Below the pieces are notes generated by a model, which ran no database searches, had not been told where the DNA came from, and saw nothing but the letters and a program-made list of their open reading frames with translations. DNA of 64,000 bases from the human T2T-CHM13v2.0 reference genome, Homo sapiens. The translations under genes and the position numbers were made by a program. This document shows positions 1-12,500 of this stretch, piece after piece (positions within the stretch are counted from its first letter, which is position 1; every line of letters starts with the position of its first letter). The stretch is from the NCBI RefSeq assembly GCF_009914755.1, contig NC_060929.1; one strand, written 5' to 3'.

Positions 1-174
1 AGTCAAATGTAGAAAAGGAAATATCTTCCTATAAAAACTAGACAGAATGATTCTCAGAAACTCCTTTGTGATGTGTGCGTTCAACTCACAGAGTTTAACC
101 TTTCTTTTCATAGAGCAGTTAGGAAACACTCTGTTTGTAAAGTCTGCAAGTGGATATTCAGACCTCTTTGAGGC

Positions 175-191
175 CTTCGTTGGAAACGGGT
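175..191 (+). promoter_or_regulatory. CENP-B box (first of ~188, one per ~340 bp dimer)
   Basis: CTTCGTTGGAAACGGGT matches the core NTTCGNNNNANNCGGGN. P/Q/Q' dimers end the box in T. R/S dimers carry the canonical CTTCGTTGGAAACGGGA. Confidence 0.96.
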
Positions 192-216
192 TTTTTTCAT
201 ATAAGGCTAGACAGAA

Positions 217-222
217 GAATTC
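217..222. other. EcoRI site defining the classical ~340 bp alphoid dimer (first instance)
   Basis: GAATTC follows each CENP-B box. It is changed to GAGTTC in a subset of Q dimers (e.g. ~557, ~3275) and to GGATTC at ~58663 and ~61380. Confidence 0.9.
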
Positions 223-343
223 CCAGTAACTTCCTTGTGTTGTGTGTGTTCAACTCACAGAGTTGAACTTTCATTTACACAGAGCAGATTTGAAACACTC
301 GTTTTGTGGAATTTGCAAGTGGAGATTTCAAGCGCTTTGAGGC

Positions 344-360
344 CAAAGGCAGAAAAGGAA
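344..360 (-). promoter_or_regulatory. A-type monomer box (degenerate pJalpha-like motif) in the monomers lacking a CENP-B box; recurs once per dimer
   Basis: gg(c/t)agaaaaggaa reads TTCCTTTTCT(G/A)CC on the minus strand, at the position equivalent to the CENP-B box. It resembles the TTCCTTTTYCACC A-box but is not a perfect match. Confidence 0.55.
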
Positions 361-2085
361 ATATCTTCGTATAAAAACTAGACAGAATCATTCTCAGAAA
401 CTGCTCTGTGATGTGTGCGTTCAACTCTCAGAGTTTAACTTTTCTTTTCATTCAGCAGTTTGGAAACACTCTGTTTGTAAAGTCTGCACGTGGATAATTT
501 GACCACTTAGAGGCCTTCGTTGGAAACGGGTTTTTTTCATGTAAGGCTAGACAGAAGAGTTCTCAGTAACTTCCTTGTGTTGTGTGTATTCAACTCACAC
601 AGTTGAACGATCCTTTACACAGAGCAGACTTGTAACACTCTTTTTGTGGAATTTGCAAGTGGAGATTTCAGCCGCTTTGAAGTCAAAGTAGAAAAGGAAA
701 TATCTTCCTATAAAAACTAGACAGAATGATTCTCAGAAACTCCTTTGTGATGTGTGCGTTCAACTCACAGAGTTTAACCTTTCTTTTCATAGAGCAGTTA
801 GGAAACACTCTGTTTGTAAAGTCTGCAAGTGGATATTCAGACCTCTTTGAGGCCTTCGTTGGAAACGGGTTTTTTTCATATAAGGCTAGACAGAAGAATT
901 CCCAGTAACTTCCTTGTGTTGTGTGTGTTCAACTCACAGAGTTGAACTTTCATTTACACAGAGCAGATTTGAAACACTCTTTTTGTGGAATTTGCAGGTG
1001 GAGATTTCAAGCGCTTTGAGGCCAAAGGCAGAAAAGGAAATATCTTCGTATAAAAACTAGACAGAATCATTCTCAGAAACTGCTCTGCGATGTGTGTGTT
1101 CAACTCTCAGAGTTTAACTTTTCTTTTCATTCAGCAGTTTGGAAACACTCTGTTTGTAAAGTCTGCACGTGGATAATTTGACCACTTAGAGGCCTTCGTT
1201 GGAAACGGGTTTTTTTCATGTAAGGCTAGACAGAAGAATTCTCAGTAACTTCCTTGTGTTGTGTGTATTCAACTCACAGAGTTGAACGATCCTTTACACA
1301 GAGCAGACTTGTAACACTCTTTTTGTGGAATTTGCAAGTGGAGATTTCAGCCGCTTTGAAGTCAAAGGTAGAAAAGGAAATATCTTCCTATAAAAATTAG
1401 ACAGAATGATTCTCAGAAACTCCTTTGTGATGTGTGCGTTCAACTCACAGAGTTTAACCTTTCTTTTCATAGAGCAGTTAGGAAACACTCTGCTTGTAAA
1501 GTCTGCAAGTGGATATTCAGCCCTCTTTGAGGCCTTCGTTGGAAACGGGTTTTTTTCATATAAGGCTAGACAGAAGAATTCCCAGTAACTTCCTTGTGTT
1601 GTGTGTGTTCAACTCACAGAGTTGAACTTTGATTTACACAGAGCAGATTTGAAACACTCTTTTTGTGGAATTTGCAAGTGGAGATTTCAAGCGCTTTGAG
1701 GCCAAAGGCAGAAAAGGAAATATCTTCGTATAAAAACTAGACAGAATCATTCTCAGAAACTGCTCTGCGATGTGTGCGTTCAACTCTCAGAGTTTAACTT
1801 TTCTTTTCATTCAGCAGTTTGGAAACACTCTGTTTGTAAAGTCTGCACGTGGATATTTTGACCACTTAGAGGCCTTCGTTGGAAACGGGTTTTTTTCCTG
1901 TAAGGCTAGACAGAAGAATTCCCAGTAACTTCCTTGTGTTGTGTACATTCAACTCACAGAGTTGAACGTTCCCTTAGACAGAGCAGATTTGAAACACTCT
2001 TTTTGTGCAATTGGCAAGTGGAGATTTCAAGCGCTTTAAGGTCAATGGCAGAAAAGGAAATATCTTCGTTTCAAAACTAGACAGA

Positions 2086-4803
2086 ATCATTCCCACAAAC
2101 TGCGTTGTGATGTGTTCGTTCATCTCACAGAGTTTAACCTTTCTTTTCATAGAGCAGTTAGGAAACACTCTGTTTGTAAATTCTGTAAGTGGATATTCTG
2201 ACATCTTGTGGCCTTCGTTGGAAACGGGATTTCTTCATATTCTGCTAGACAGAAGAATTCTCAGAATCTTCCTTGTGTTGTGTGTATTCAACTCACACAG
2301 TTGAACGATGGTTTACACAGAGCAGATATGAAACACTCTTTTTGTGGAATTTGCAAGTGGAGATTTCAGCCGCTTTGAGGTCAATGGTAGAAAAGGAAAT
2401 ATATTCGTATAAAAACTAGACAGAATGATTCTCAGAAACTTCTTTGTGATGTGTGCGTTCAACTCACAGAGTTTAACCTTTCTTTTCATAGAGCAGTTAG
2501 GAAACACTCTGTTTGTAAACTCTGCAAGTGGATATTCAGACCTCTGTGAGGCCTTCGTTGGAAACGGGATTTCTTCATACTGTGCTAGACAGAAGAATTC
2601 TCAGTAACTTCCTTGTGTTGTGTGTATTCAACTCACAGAGTTGAACGATCCTTTACACAGAGCAGACTTGAAACACTCTTTTTGTGGAATTTGCAAGTGG
2701 AGATTTCAGCCGCGTTGAGGTCAATGGTAGAAAAGGAAATATCTTCGTATAAAAACTAGACAGAATGATTCTCAGAAACTCCTTTGAGATGTGTGTGTTC
2801 AACTCACAGAGTTTAACCTTTCTTTTCATAGAGCAGTTAGGAATCACTCTGTTTGTAAAGTCTGCAAGTGGATATTCAGACCTCTTTGAGGCCTTCGTTG
2901 GAAACGGGTTTTTTTCATATAAGGCTAGACAGAAGAATTCCCAGTAACTTCCTTGTGTTGTGTGTGTTCAACTCACAGAGTTGAACTTTCATTTACACAG
3001 AGCAGATTTGAAACACTCTTTTTGTGGAATTTGCAAGTGGAGATTTCAAGCGCTTTGAGGCCAAAGGCAGAAAAGGAAATATCTTCGTATAAAAACTAGA
3101 CAGAATCATTCTCAGAAACTGCTCTGTGATGTGTGCGTTCAACTCTCAGAGTTTAACTTTTCTTTTCATTCAGCAGTTTGGAAACACTCTGTTTGTAAAG
3201 TCTGCACGTGGATAATTTGACCACTTAGAGGCCTTCGTTGGAAACGGGTTTTTTTCATGTAAGGCTAGACAGAAGAGTTCTCAGTAACTTCCTTGTGTTG
3301 TGTGTATTCAACTCACACAGTTGAACGATCCTTTACACAGAGCAGACTTGTAACACTCTTTTTGTGGAATTTGCAAGTGGAGATTTCAGCCGCTTTGAAG
3401 TCAAAGTAGAAAAGGAAATATCTTCCTATAAAAACTAGACAGAATGATTCTCAGAAACTCCTTTGTGATGTGTGCGTTCAACTCACAGAGTTTAACCTTT
3501 CTTTTCATAGAGCAGTTAGGAAACACTCTGTTTGTAAAGTCTGCAAGTGGATATTCAGACCTCTTTGAGGCCTTCGTTGGAAACGGGTTTTTTTCATATA
3601 AGGCTAGACAGAAGAATTCCCAGTAACTTCCTTGTGTTGTGTGTGTTCAACTCACAGAGTTGAACTTTCATTTACACAGAGCAGATTTGAAACACTCTTT
3701 TTGTGGAATTTGCAGGTGGAGATTTCAAGCGCTTTGAGGCCAAAGGCAGAAAAGGAAATATCTTCGTATAAAAACTAGACAGAATCATTCTCAGAAACTG
3801 CTCTGCAATGTGTGCGTTCAACTCTCAGAGTTTAACTTTTCTTTTCATTCAGCAGTTTGGAAACACTCTGTTTGTAAAGTCTGCACGTGGATAACTTGAC
3901 CACTTAGAGGCCTTCGTTGGAAACGGGTTTTTTTCATGTAAGGCTAGACAGAAGAATTCTCAGTAACTTCCTTGTGTTGTGTGTATTCAACTCACAGAGT
4001 TGAACGATCCTTTACACAGAGCAGACTTGTAACACTCTTTTTGTGGAATTTGCAAGTGGAGATTTCAGCCGCTTTGAAGTCAAAGGTAGAAAAGGAAATA
4101 TCTTCCTATAAAAACTAGACAGAATGATTCTCAGAAACTCCTTTGTGATGTGTGCGTTCAACTCACAGAGTTTAACCTTTCTTTTCATAGAGCAGTTAGG
4201 AAACACTCTGCTTGTAAAGTCTGCAAGTGGATATTCAGCCCTCTTTGAGGCCTTCGTTGGAAACGGGTTTTTTTCATATAAGGCTAGACAGAAGAATTCC
4301 CAGTAACTTCCTTGTGTTGTGTGTGTTCAACTCACAGAGTTGAACTTTCATTTACACAGAGCAGATTTGAAACACTCTTTTTGTGGAATTTGCAAGTGGA
4401 GATTTCAAGCGCTTTGAGGCCAAAGGCAGAAAAGGAAATATCTTCGTATAAAAACTAGACAGAATCATTCTCAGAAACTGCTCTGCGATGTGTGCGTTCA
4501 ACTCTCAGAGTTTAACTTTTCTTTTCATTCAGCAGTTTGGAAACACTCTGTTTGTAAAGTCTGCACGTGGATATTTTGACCACTTAGAGGCCTTCGTTGG
4601 AAACGGGTTTTTTTCCTGTAAGGCTAGACAGAAGAATTCCCAGTAACTTCCTTGTGTTGTGTACATTCAACTCACAGAGTTGAACGTTCCCTTAGACAGA
4701 GCAGATTTGAAACACTCTTTTTGTGCAATTGGCAAGTGGAGATTTCAAGCGCTTTAAGGTCAATGGCAGAAAAGGAAATATCTTCGTTTCAAAACTAGAC
4801 AGA
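2086..4803 (+). repeat. 16-monomer HOR unit R-S-P-Q-P-Q-P-Q' (2718 bp)
   Basis: R-linked ORFs at 2005 and 4723 are 2718 bp apart. The same spacing recurs at 12877/15595, 18312/21030 and 59740/62458. Confidence 0.9.
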
Positions 4804-6842
4804 ATCATTCCCACAAACTGCGTTGTGATGTGTTCGTTCATCTCACAGAGTTTAACCTTTCTTTTCATAGAGCAGTTAGGAAACACTCTGTTTGTAAATT
4901 CTGTAAGTGGATATTCTGACATCTTGTGGCCTTCGTTGGAAACGGGATTTCTTCATATTCTGCTAGACAGAAGAATTCTCAGAATCTTCCTTGTGTTGTG
5001 TGTATTCAACTCACACAGTTGAACGATGGTTTACACAGAGCAGATTTGAAACACTCTTTTTGTGGAATTTGCAAGTGGAGATTTCAGCCGCTTTGAGGTC
5101 AATGGTAGAAAAGGAAATATCTTCGTATAAAAACTAGACAGAATGATTCTCAGAAACTTCTTTGTGATGTGTGCGTTCAACTCACAGAGTTTAACCTTTC
5201 TTTTCATAGAGCAGTTAGGAAACACTCTGTTTGTAAACTCTGCAAGTGGATATTCAGACCTCTTTGAGGCCTTCGTTGGAAACGGGATTTCTTCATACTG
5301 TGCTAGACAGAAGAATTCTCAGTAACTTCCTTGTGTTGTGTGTATTCAACTCACAGAGTTGAACGATCCTTTACACAGAGCAGACTTGAAACACTCTTTT
5401 TGTGGAATTTGCAAGTGGAGATTTCAGCCGCGTTGAGGTCAATGGTAGAAAAGGAAATATCTTCGTATAAAAACTAGACAGAATGATTCTCAGAAACTCC
5501 TTTGAGATGTGTGTGTTCAACTCACAGAGTTTAACCTTTCTTTCCATAGAGCAGTTAGGAATCACTCTGTTTGTAAAGTCTGCAGGTGGATATTCAGACC
5601 TCTTTGAGGCCTTCGTTGGAAACGGGTTTTTTTCATATAAGGCTAGAGAGAAGAATTCCCAGTAACTTCCTTGTGTTGTGTGTGTTCAACTCACAGAGTT
5701 GAACTTTCATTTACACAGAGCAGATTTGAAACACTCTTTTTGTGGAATTTGCAAGTGGAGATTTCAAGCGCTGTGAAGCCAAAGGCAGAAAAGGAAATAT
5801 CTTCGTATAAAAACTAGACAGAATCATTCTCAGAAACTGCTCTGCGATGTGTGCGTTCAACTCTCAGAGTTTAACTTTTCTTTTCATTCAGCAGTTTGGA
5901 AACACTCTGTTTGTAAAGTCTGCACGTGGATAATTTGACCACTTAGAGGCCTTCGTTGGAAACGGGTTTTTTTCATGTAAGGCTAGACAGAAGAATTCTC
6001 AGTAACTTCCTTGTGTTGTGTGTATTCAACTCACACGGTTGAACGATCCTTTACACAGAGCAGACTTGTAACACTCTTTTTGTGGAATTTGCAAGTGGAG
6101 ATTTCAGCCGCTTTGAAGTCAAATGTAGAAAAGGAAATATCTTCCTATAAAAACTAGACAGAATGATTCTCAGAAACTCCTTTGTGATGTGTGCGTTCAA
6201 CTCACAGAGTTTAACCTTTCTTTTCATAGAGCAGTTAGGAAACACTCTGTTTGTAAAGTCTGCAAGTGGATATTCAGCCCTCTTTGAGGCCTTCGTTGGA
6301 AACGGGTTTTTGTCATATAAGGCTAGACAGAAGAATTCCCAGTAACTTCCTTGTGTTGTGTGTGTTCAACTCACAGAGTTGAACTTTGATTTACACAGAG
6401 CAGATTTGAAACACTCTTTTTGTGGAATTTGCAAGTGGAGATTTCAAGCGCTTTGAGGCCAAAGGCAGAAAAGGAAATATCTTCGTATAAAAACTAGACA
6501 GAATCATTCTCAGAAACTGCTCTGCGATGTGTGCGTTCAACTCTCAGAGTTTAACTTTTCTTTTCATTCAGCAGTTTGGAAACACTCTGTTTGTAAAGTC
6601 TGCACGTGGATATTTTGACCACTTAGAGGCCTTCGTTGGAAACGGGTTTTTTTCCTGTAAGGCTAGACAGAAGAATTCCCAGTAACTTCCTTGTGTTGTG
6701 TACATTCAACTCACAGAGTTGAACGTTCCCTTAGACAGAGCAGATTTGAAACACTCTTTTTGTGCAATTGGCAAGTGGAGATTTCAAGCGCTTTAAGGTC
6801 AATGGCAGAAAAGGAAATATCTTCGTTTCAAAACTAGACAGA
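4804..6842 (+). repeat. 12-monomer HOR variant R-S-P-Q-P-Q' (2039 bp)
   Basis: R-linked ORFs at 4723 and 6762 are 2039 bp apart, one P-Q tetramer fewer than the 16-mer. Confidence 0.88.
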
Positions 6843-9559
6843 ATCATTCCCACAAACTGCGTTGTGATGTGTTCGTTCATCTCACAGAGTTTAACCTTTC
6901 TTTTCATAGAGCAGTTAGGAAACACTCTGTTTGTAAATTCTGTAAGTGGATATTCTGACATCTTGTGGCCTTCGTTGGAAACGGGATTTCTTCATATTCT
7001 GCTAGACAGAAGAATTCTCAGAATCTTCCTTGTGTTGTGTGTATTCAACTCACACAGTTGAACGATGGTTTACACAGAGCAGATTTGAAACACTCTTTTT
7101 GTGGAATTTGCAAGTGGAGATTTCAGCCGCTTTGAGGTCAATGGTAGAAAAGGAAATATCTTCGTATAAAAACTAGACAGAATGATTCTCAGAAACTTCT
7201 TTGTGATGTGTGCGTTCAACTCACAGAGTTTAACCTTTCTTTTCATAGAGCAGTTAGGAAACACTCTGTTTGTAAACTCTGCAAGTGGATATTCAGACCT
7301 CTTTGAGGCCTTCGTTGGAAACGGGATTTCTTCATACTGTGCTAGACAGAAGAATTCTCAGTAACTTCCTTGTGTTGTGTGTATTCAACTCACAGAGTTG
7401 AACGATCCTTTACACAGAGCAGACTTGAAACACTCTTTTTGTGGAATTTGCAAGTGGAGATTTCAGCCGCGTTGAGGTCAATGGTAGAAAAGGAAATATC
7501 TTCGTATAAAAACTAGACAGAATGATTCTCAGAAACTCCTTTGAGATGTGTGTGTTCAACTCACAGAGTTTAACCTTTCTTTTCATAGAGCAGTTAGGAA
7601 TCACTCTGTTTGTAAAGTCTGCAAGTGGATATTCAGACCTCTTTGAGGCCTTCGTTGGAAACGGGTTTTTTCATATAAGGCTAGACAGAAGAATTCCCAG
7701 TAACTTCCTTGTGTTGTGTGTGTTCAACTCACAGAGTTGAACTTTCATTTACACAGAGCAGATTTGAAACACTCTTTTTGTGGAATTTGCAAATGGAGAT
7801 TTCAAGCGCTTTGAGGCCAAAGGCAGAAAAGGAAATATCTTCGTATAAAAACTAGACAGAATCATTCTCAGAAACTGCTCTGCGATGTGTGCGTTCAACT
7901 CTCAGAGTTTAACTTTTCTTTTCATTCAGCAGTTTGGAAACACTCTGTTTGTAAAGTCTGCACGTGGATATTTTGACCACTTAGAGGCCTTCGTTGGAAA
8001 CGGGTTTTTTTCCTGTAAGGCTAGACAGAAGAATTCCCAGTAACTTCCTTGTGTTGTGTACATTCAACTCACAGAGTTGAACGTTCCCTTAGACAGAGCA
8101 GATTTGAAACACTCTTTTTGTGCAATTGGCAAGTGGAGATTTCAAGCGCTTTAAGGTCAATGGCAGAAAAGGAAATATCTTCGTTTCAAAACTAGACAGA
8201 ATCATTCCCACAAACTGCGTTGTGATGTGTTCGTTCATCTCACAGAGTTTAACCTTTCTTTTCATAGAGCAGTTAGGAAACACTCTGTTTGTAAATTCTG
8301 TAAGTGGATATTCTGACATCTTGTGGCCTTCGTTGGAAACGGGATTTCTTCATATTCTGCTAGACAGAAGAATTCTCAGAATCTTCCTTGTGTTGTGTGT
8401 ATTCAACTCACACAGTTGAACGATGGTTTACACAGAGCAGATTTGAAACACTCTTTTTGTGGAATTTGCAAGTGGAGATTTCAGCCGCTTTGAGGTCAAT
8501 GGTAGAAAAGGAAATATCTTCGTATAAAAACTAGACAGAATGATTCTCAGAAACTTCTTTGTGATGTGTGCGTTCAACTCACAGAGTTTAACCTTTCTTT
8601 TCATAGAGCAGTTAGGAAACACTCTGTTTGTAAACTCTGCAAGTAGATATTCAGACCTCTTTGAGGCCTTCGTTGGAAACGGGATTTCTTCATACTGTGC
8701 TAGACAGAAGAATTCTCAGTAACTTCCTTGTGTTGTGTGTATTCAACTCACAGAGTTGAACGATCCTTTACACAGAGCAGACTTGAAACACTCTTTTTGT
8801 GGAATTTGCAAGTGGAGATTTCAGCCGCGTTGAGGTCAATGGTAGAAAAGGAAATATCTTCGTATAAAAACTAGACAGAATGATTCTCAGAAACTCCTTT
8901 GAGATGTGTGTGTTCAACTCACAGAGTTTAACCTTTCTTTTCATAGAGCAGTTAGGAATCACTCTGTTTGTAAAGTCTGCAAGTGGATATTCAGACCTCT
9001 TTGAGGCCTTCGTTGGAAACGGGTTTTTTTCATATAAGGCTAGACAGAAGAATTCCCAGTAACTTCCTTGTGTTGTGTGTGTTCAACTCACAGAGTTGAA
9101 CTTTCATTTACACAGAGCAGATTTGAAACACTCTTTTTGTGGAATTTGCAAATGGAGATTTCAAGCGCTTTGAGGCCAAAGGCAGAAAAGGAAATATCTT
9201 CGTATAAAAACTAGACAGAATCATTCTCAGAAACTGCTCTGCGATGTGTGCGTTCAACTCTCAGAGTTTAACTTTTCTTTTCATTCAGCAGTTTGGAAAC
9301 ACTCTGTTTGTAAAGTCTGCACGTGGATATTTTGACCACTTAGAGGCCTTCGTTGGAAACGGGTTTTTTTCCTGTAAGGCTAGACAGAAGAATTCCCAGT
9401 AACTTCCTTGTGTTGTGTACATTCAACTCACAGAGTTGAACGTTCCCTTAGACAGAGCAGATTTGAAACACTCTTTTTGTGCAATTGGCAAGTGGAGATT
9501 TCAAGCGCTTTAAGGTCAATGGCAGAAAAGGAAATATCTTCGTTTCAAAACTAGACAGA
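6843..9559 (+). repeat. Two tandem 8-monomer HOR variants R-S-P-Q' (1358 and 1359 bp)
   Basis: R-linked ORFs at 6762, 8120 and 9479. Further 8-mers start at ~21111, ~31986 and ~42862. Confidence 0.9.
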
Positions 9560-12500
9560 ATCATTCCCACAAACTGCGTTGTGATGTGTTCGTTCATCTC
9601 ACAGAGTTTAACCTTTCTTTTCATAGAGCAGTTAGGAAACACTCTGTTTGTAAATTCTGTAAGTGGATATTCTGACATCTTGTGGCCTTCGTTGGAAACG
9701 GGATTTCTTCATATTCTGCTAGACAGAAGAATTCTCAGAATCTTCCTTGTGTTGTGTGTATTCAACTCACACAGTTGAACGATGGTTTACACAGAGCAGA
9801 TTTGAAACACTCTTTTTGTGGAATTTGCAAGTGGAGATTTCAGCCGCTTTGAGGTCAATGGTAGAAAAGGAAATATCTTCGTATAAAAACTAGACAGAAT
9901 GATTCTCAGAAACTTCTTTGTGATGTGTGCGTTCAACTCACAGAGTTTAACCTTTCTTTTCATAGAGCAGTTAGGAAACACTCTGTTTGTAAACTCTGCA
10001 AGTGGATATTCAGACCTCTTTGAGGCCTTCGTTGGAAACGGGATTTCTTCATACTGTGCTAGACAGAAGAATTCTCAGTAACTTCCTTGTGTTGTGTGTA
10101 TTCAACTCACAGAGTTGAACGATCCTTTACACAGAGCAGACTTGAAACACTCTTTTTGTGGAATTTGCAAGTGGAGATTTCAGCCGCGTTGAGGTCAATG
10201 GTAGAAAAGGAAATATCTTCGTATAAAAACTAGACAGAATGATTCTCAGAAACTCCTTTGAGATGTGTGTGTTCAACTCACAGAGTTTAACCTTTCTTTT
10301 CATAGAGCAGTTAGGAATCACTCTGTTTGTAAAGTCTGCAAGTGGATATTCAGACCTCTTTGAGGCCTTCGTTGGAAACGGGTTTTTTTCATATAAGGCT
10401 AGACAGAAGAATTCCCAGTAACTTCCTTGTGTTGTGTGTGTTCAACTCACAGAGTTGAACTTTCATTTACACAGAGCAGATTTGAAACACTCTTTTTGTG
10501 GAATTTGCAAATGGAGATTTCAAGCGCTTTGAGGCCAAAGGCAGAAAAGGAAATATCTTCGTATAAAAACTAGACAGAATCATTCTCAGAAACTGCTCTG
10601 CGATGTGTGCGTTCAACTCTCAGAGTTTAACTTTGCTTTTCATTCAGCAGTTTGGAAACACTCTGTTTGTAAAGTCTGCACGTGGATAATTTGACCACTT
10701 AGAGGCCTTCGTTGGAAACGGGTTTTTTTCATGTAAGGCTAGACAGAAGAATTCTCAGTAACTTCCTTGTGTTGTGTGTATTCAACTCACACAGTTGAAC
10801 GATCCTTTACACAGAGCAGACTTGTAACACTCTTTTTGTGGAATTTGCAAGTGGAGATTTCAGCCGCTTTGAAGTCAAATGTAGAAAAGGAAATATCTTC
10901 CTATAAAAACTAGACAGAATGATTCTCAGAAACTCCTTTGTGATGTGTGCGTTCAACTCACAGAGTTTAACCTTTCTTTTCATAGAGCAGTTAGGAAACA
11001 CTCTGTTTGTAAAGTCTGCAAGTGGATATTCAGACCTCTTTGAGGCCTTCGTTGGAAACGGGTTTTTTTCATATAAGGCTAGACAGAAGAATTCCCAGTA
11101 ACTTCCTTGTGTTGTGTGTGTTCAACTCACAGAGTTGAACTTTCATTTACACAGAGCAGATTTGAAACACTCGTTTTGTGGAATTTGCAAGTGGAGATTT
11201 CAAGCGCTTTGAGGCCAAAGGCAGAAAAGGAAATATCTTCGTATAAAAACTAGACAGAATCATTCTCAGAAACTGCTCTGTGATGTGTGCGTTCAACTCT
11301 CAGAGTTTAACTTTTCTTTTCATTCAGCAGTTTGGAAACACTCTGTTTGTAAAGTCTGCACGTGGATAATTTGACCACTTAGAGGCCTTCGTTGGAAACG
11401 GGTTTTTTTCATGTAAGGCTAGACAGAAGAGTTCTCAGTAACTTCCTTGTGTTGTGTGTATTCAACTCACACAGTTGAACGATCCTTTACACAGAGCAGA
11501 CTTGTAACACTCTTTTTGTGGAATTTGCAAGTGGAGATTTCAGCCGCTTTGAAGTCAAAGTAGAAAAGGAAATATCTTCCTATAAAAACTAGACAGAATG
11601 ATTCTCAGAAACTCCTTTGTGATGTGTGCGTTCAACTCACAGAGTTTAACCTTTCTTTTCATAGAGCAGTTAGGAAACACTCTGTTTGTAAAGTCTGCAA
11701 GTGGATATTCAGACCTCTTTGAGGCCTTCGTTGGAAACGGGTTTTTTTCATATAAGGCTAGACAGAAGAATTCCCAGTAACTTCCTTGTGTTGTGTGTGT
11801 TCAACTCACAGAGTTGAACTTTCATTTACACAGAGCAGATTTGAAACACTCTTTTTGTGGAATTTGCAGGTGGAGATTTCAAGCGCTTTGAGGCCAAAGG
11901 CAGAAAAGGAAATATCTTCGTATAAAAACTAGACAGAATCATTCTCAGAAACTGCTCTGCGATGTGTGTGTTCAACTCTCAGAGTTTAACTTTTCTTTTC
12001 ATTCAGCAGTTTGGAAACACTCTGTTTGTAAAGTCTGCACGTGGATAATTTGACCACTTAGAGGCCTTCGTTGGAAACGGGTTTTTTTCATGTAAGGCTA
12101 GACAGAAGAATTCTCAGTAACTTCCTTGTGTTGTGTGTATTCAACTCACAGAGTTGAACGATCCTTTACACAGAGCAGACTTGTAACACTCTTTTTGTGG
12201 AATTTGCAAGTGGAGATTTCAGCCGCTTTGAAGTCAAAGGTAGAAAAGGAAATATCTTCCTATAAAAATTAGACAGAATGATTCTCAGAAACTCCTTTGT
12301 GATGTGTGCGTTCAACTCACAGAGTTTAACCTTTCTTTTCATAGAGCAGTTAGGAAACACTCTGCTTGTAAAGTCTGCAAGTGGATATTCAGCCCTCTTT
12401 GAGGCCTTCGTTGGAAACGGGTTTTTTTCATATAAGGCTAGACAGAAGAATTCCCAGTAACTTCCTTGTGTTGTGTGTGTTCAACTCACAGAGTTGAACT

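Noticed and set aside
248-268. Inverted repeat GTTCAACTC-aca-GAGTTGAAC resembling a terminator hairpin
   Set aside because: This is an intrinsic dyad of alphoid monomers with no transcription unit, so it is not a terminator. It is mentioned only in relation to one junction.
487-492. CACGTG E-box in every Q/Q' dimer
   Set aside because: It is a 6-bp motif produced by one diagnostic base of the monomer (caagtg>cacgtg). Nothing in the sequence supports a regulatory function.
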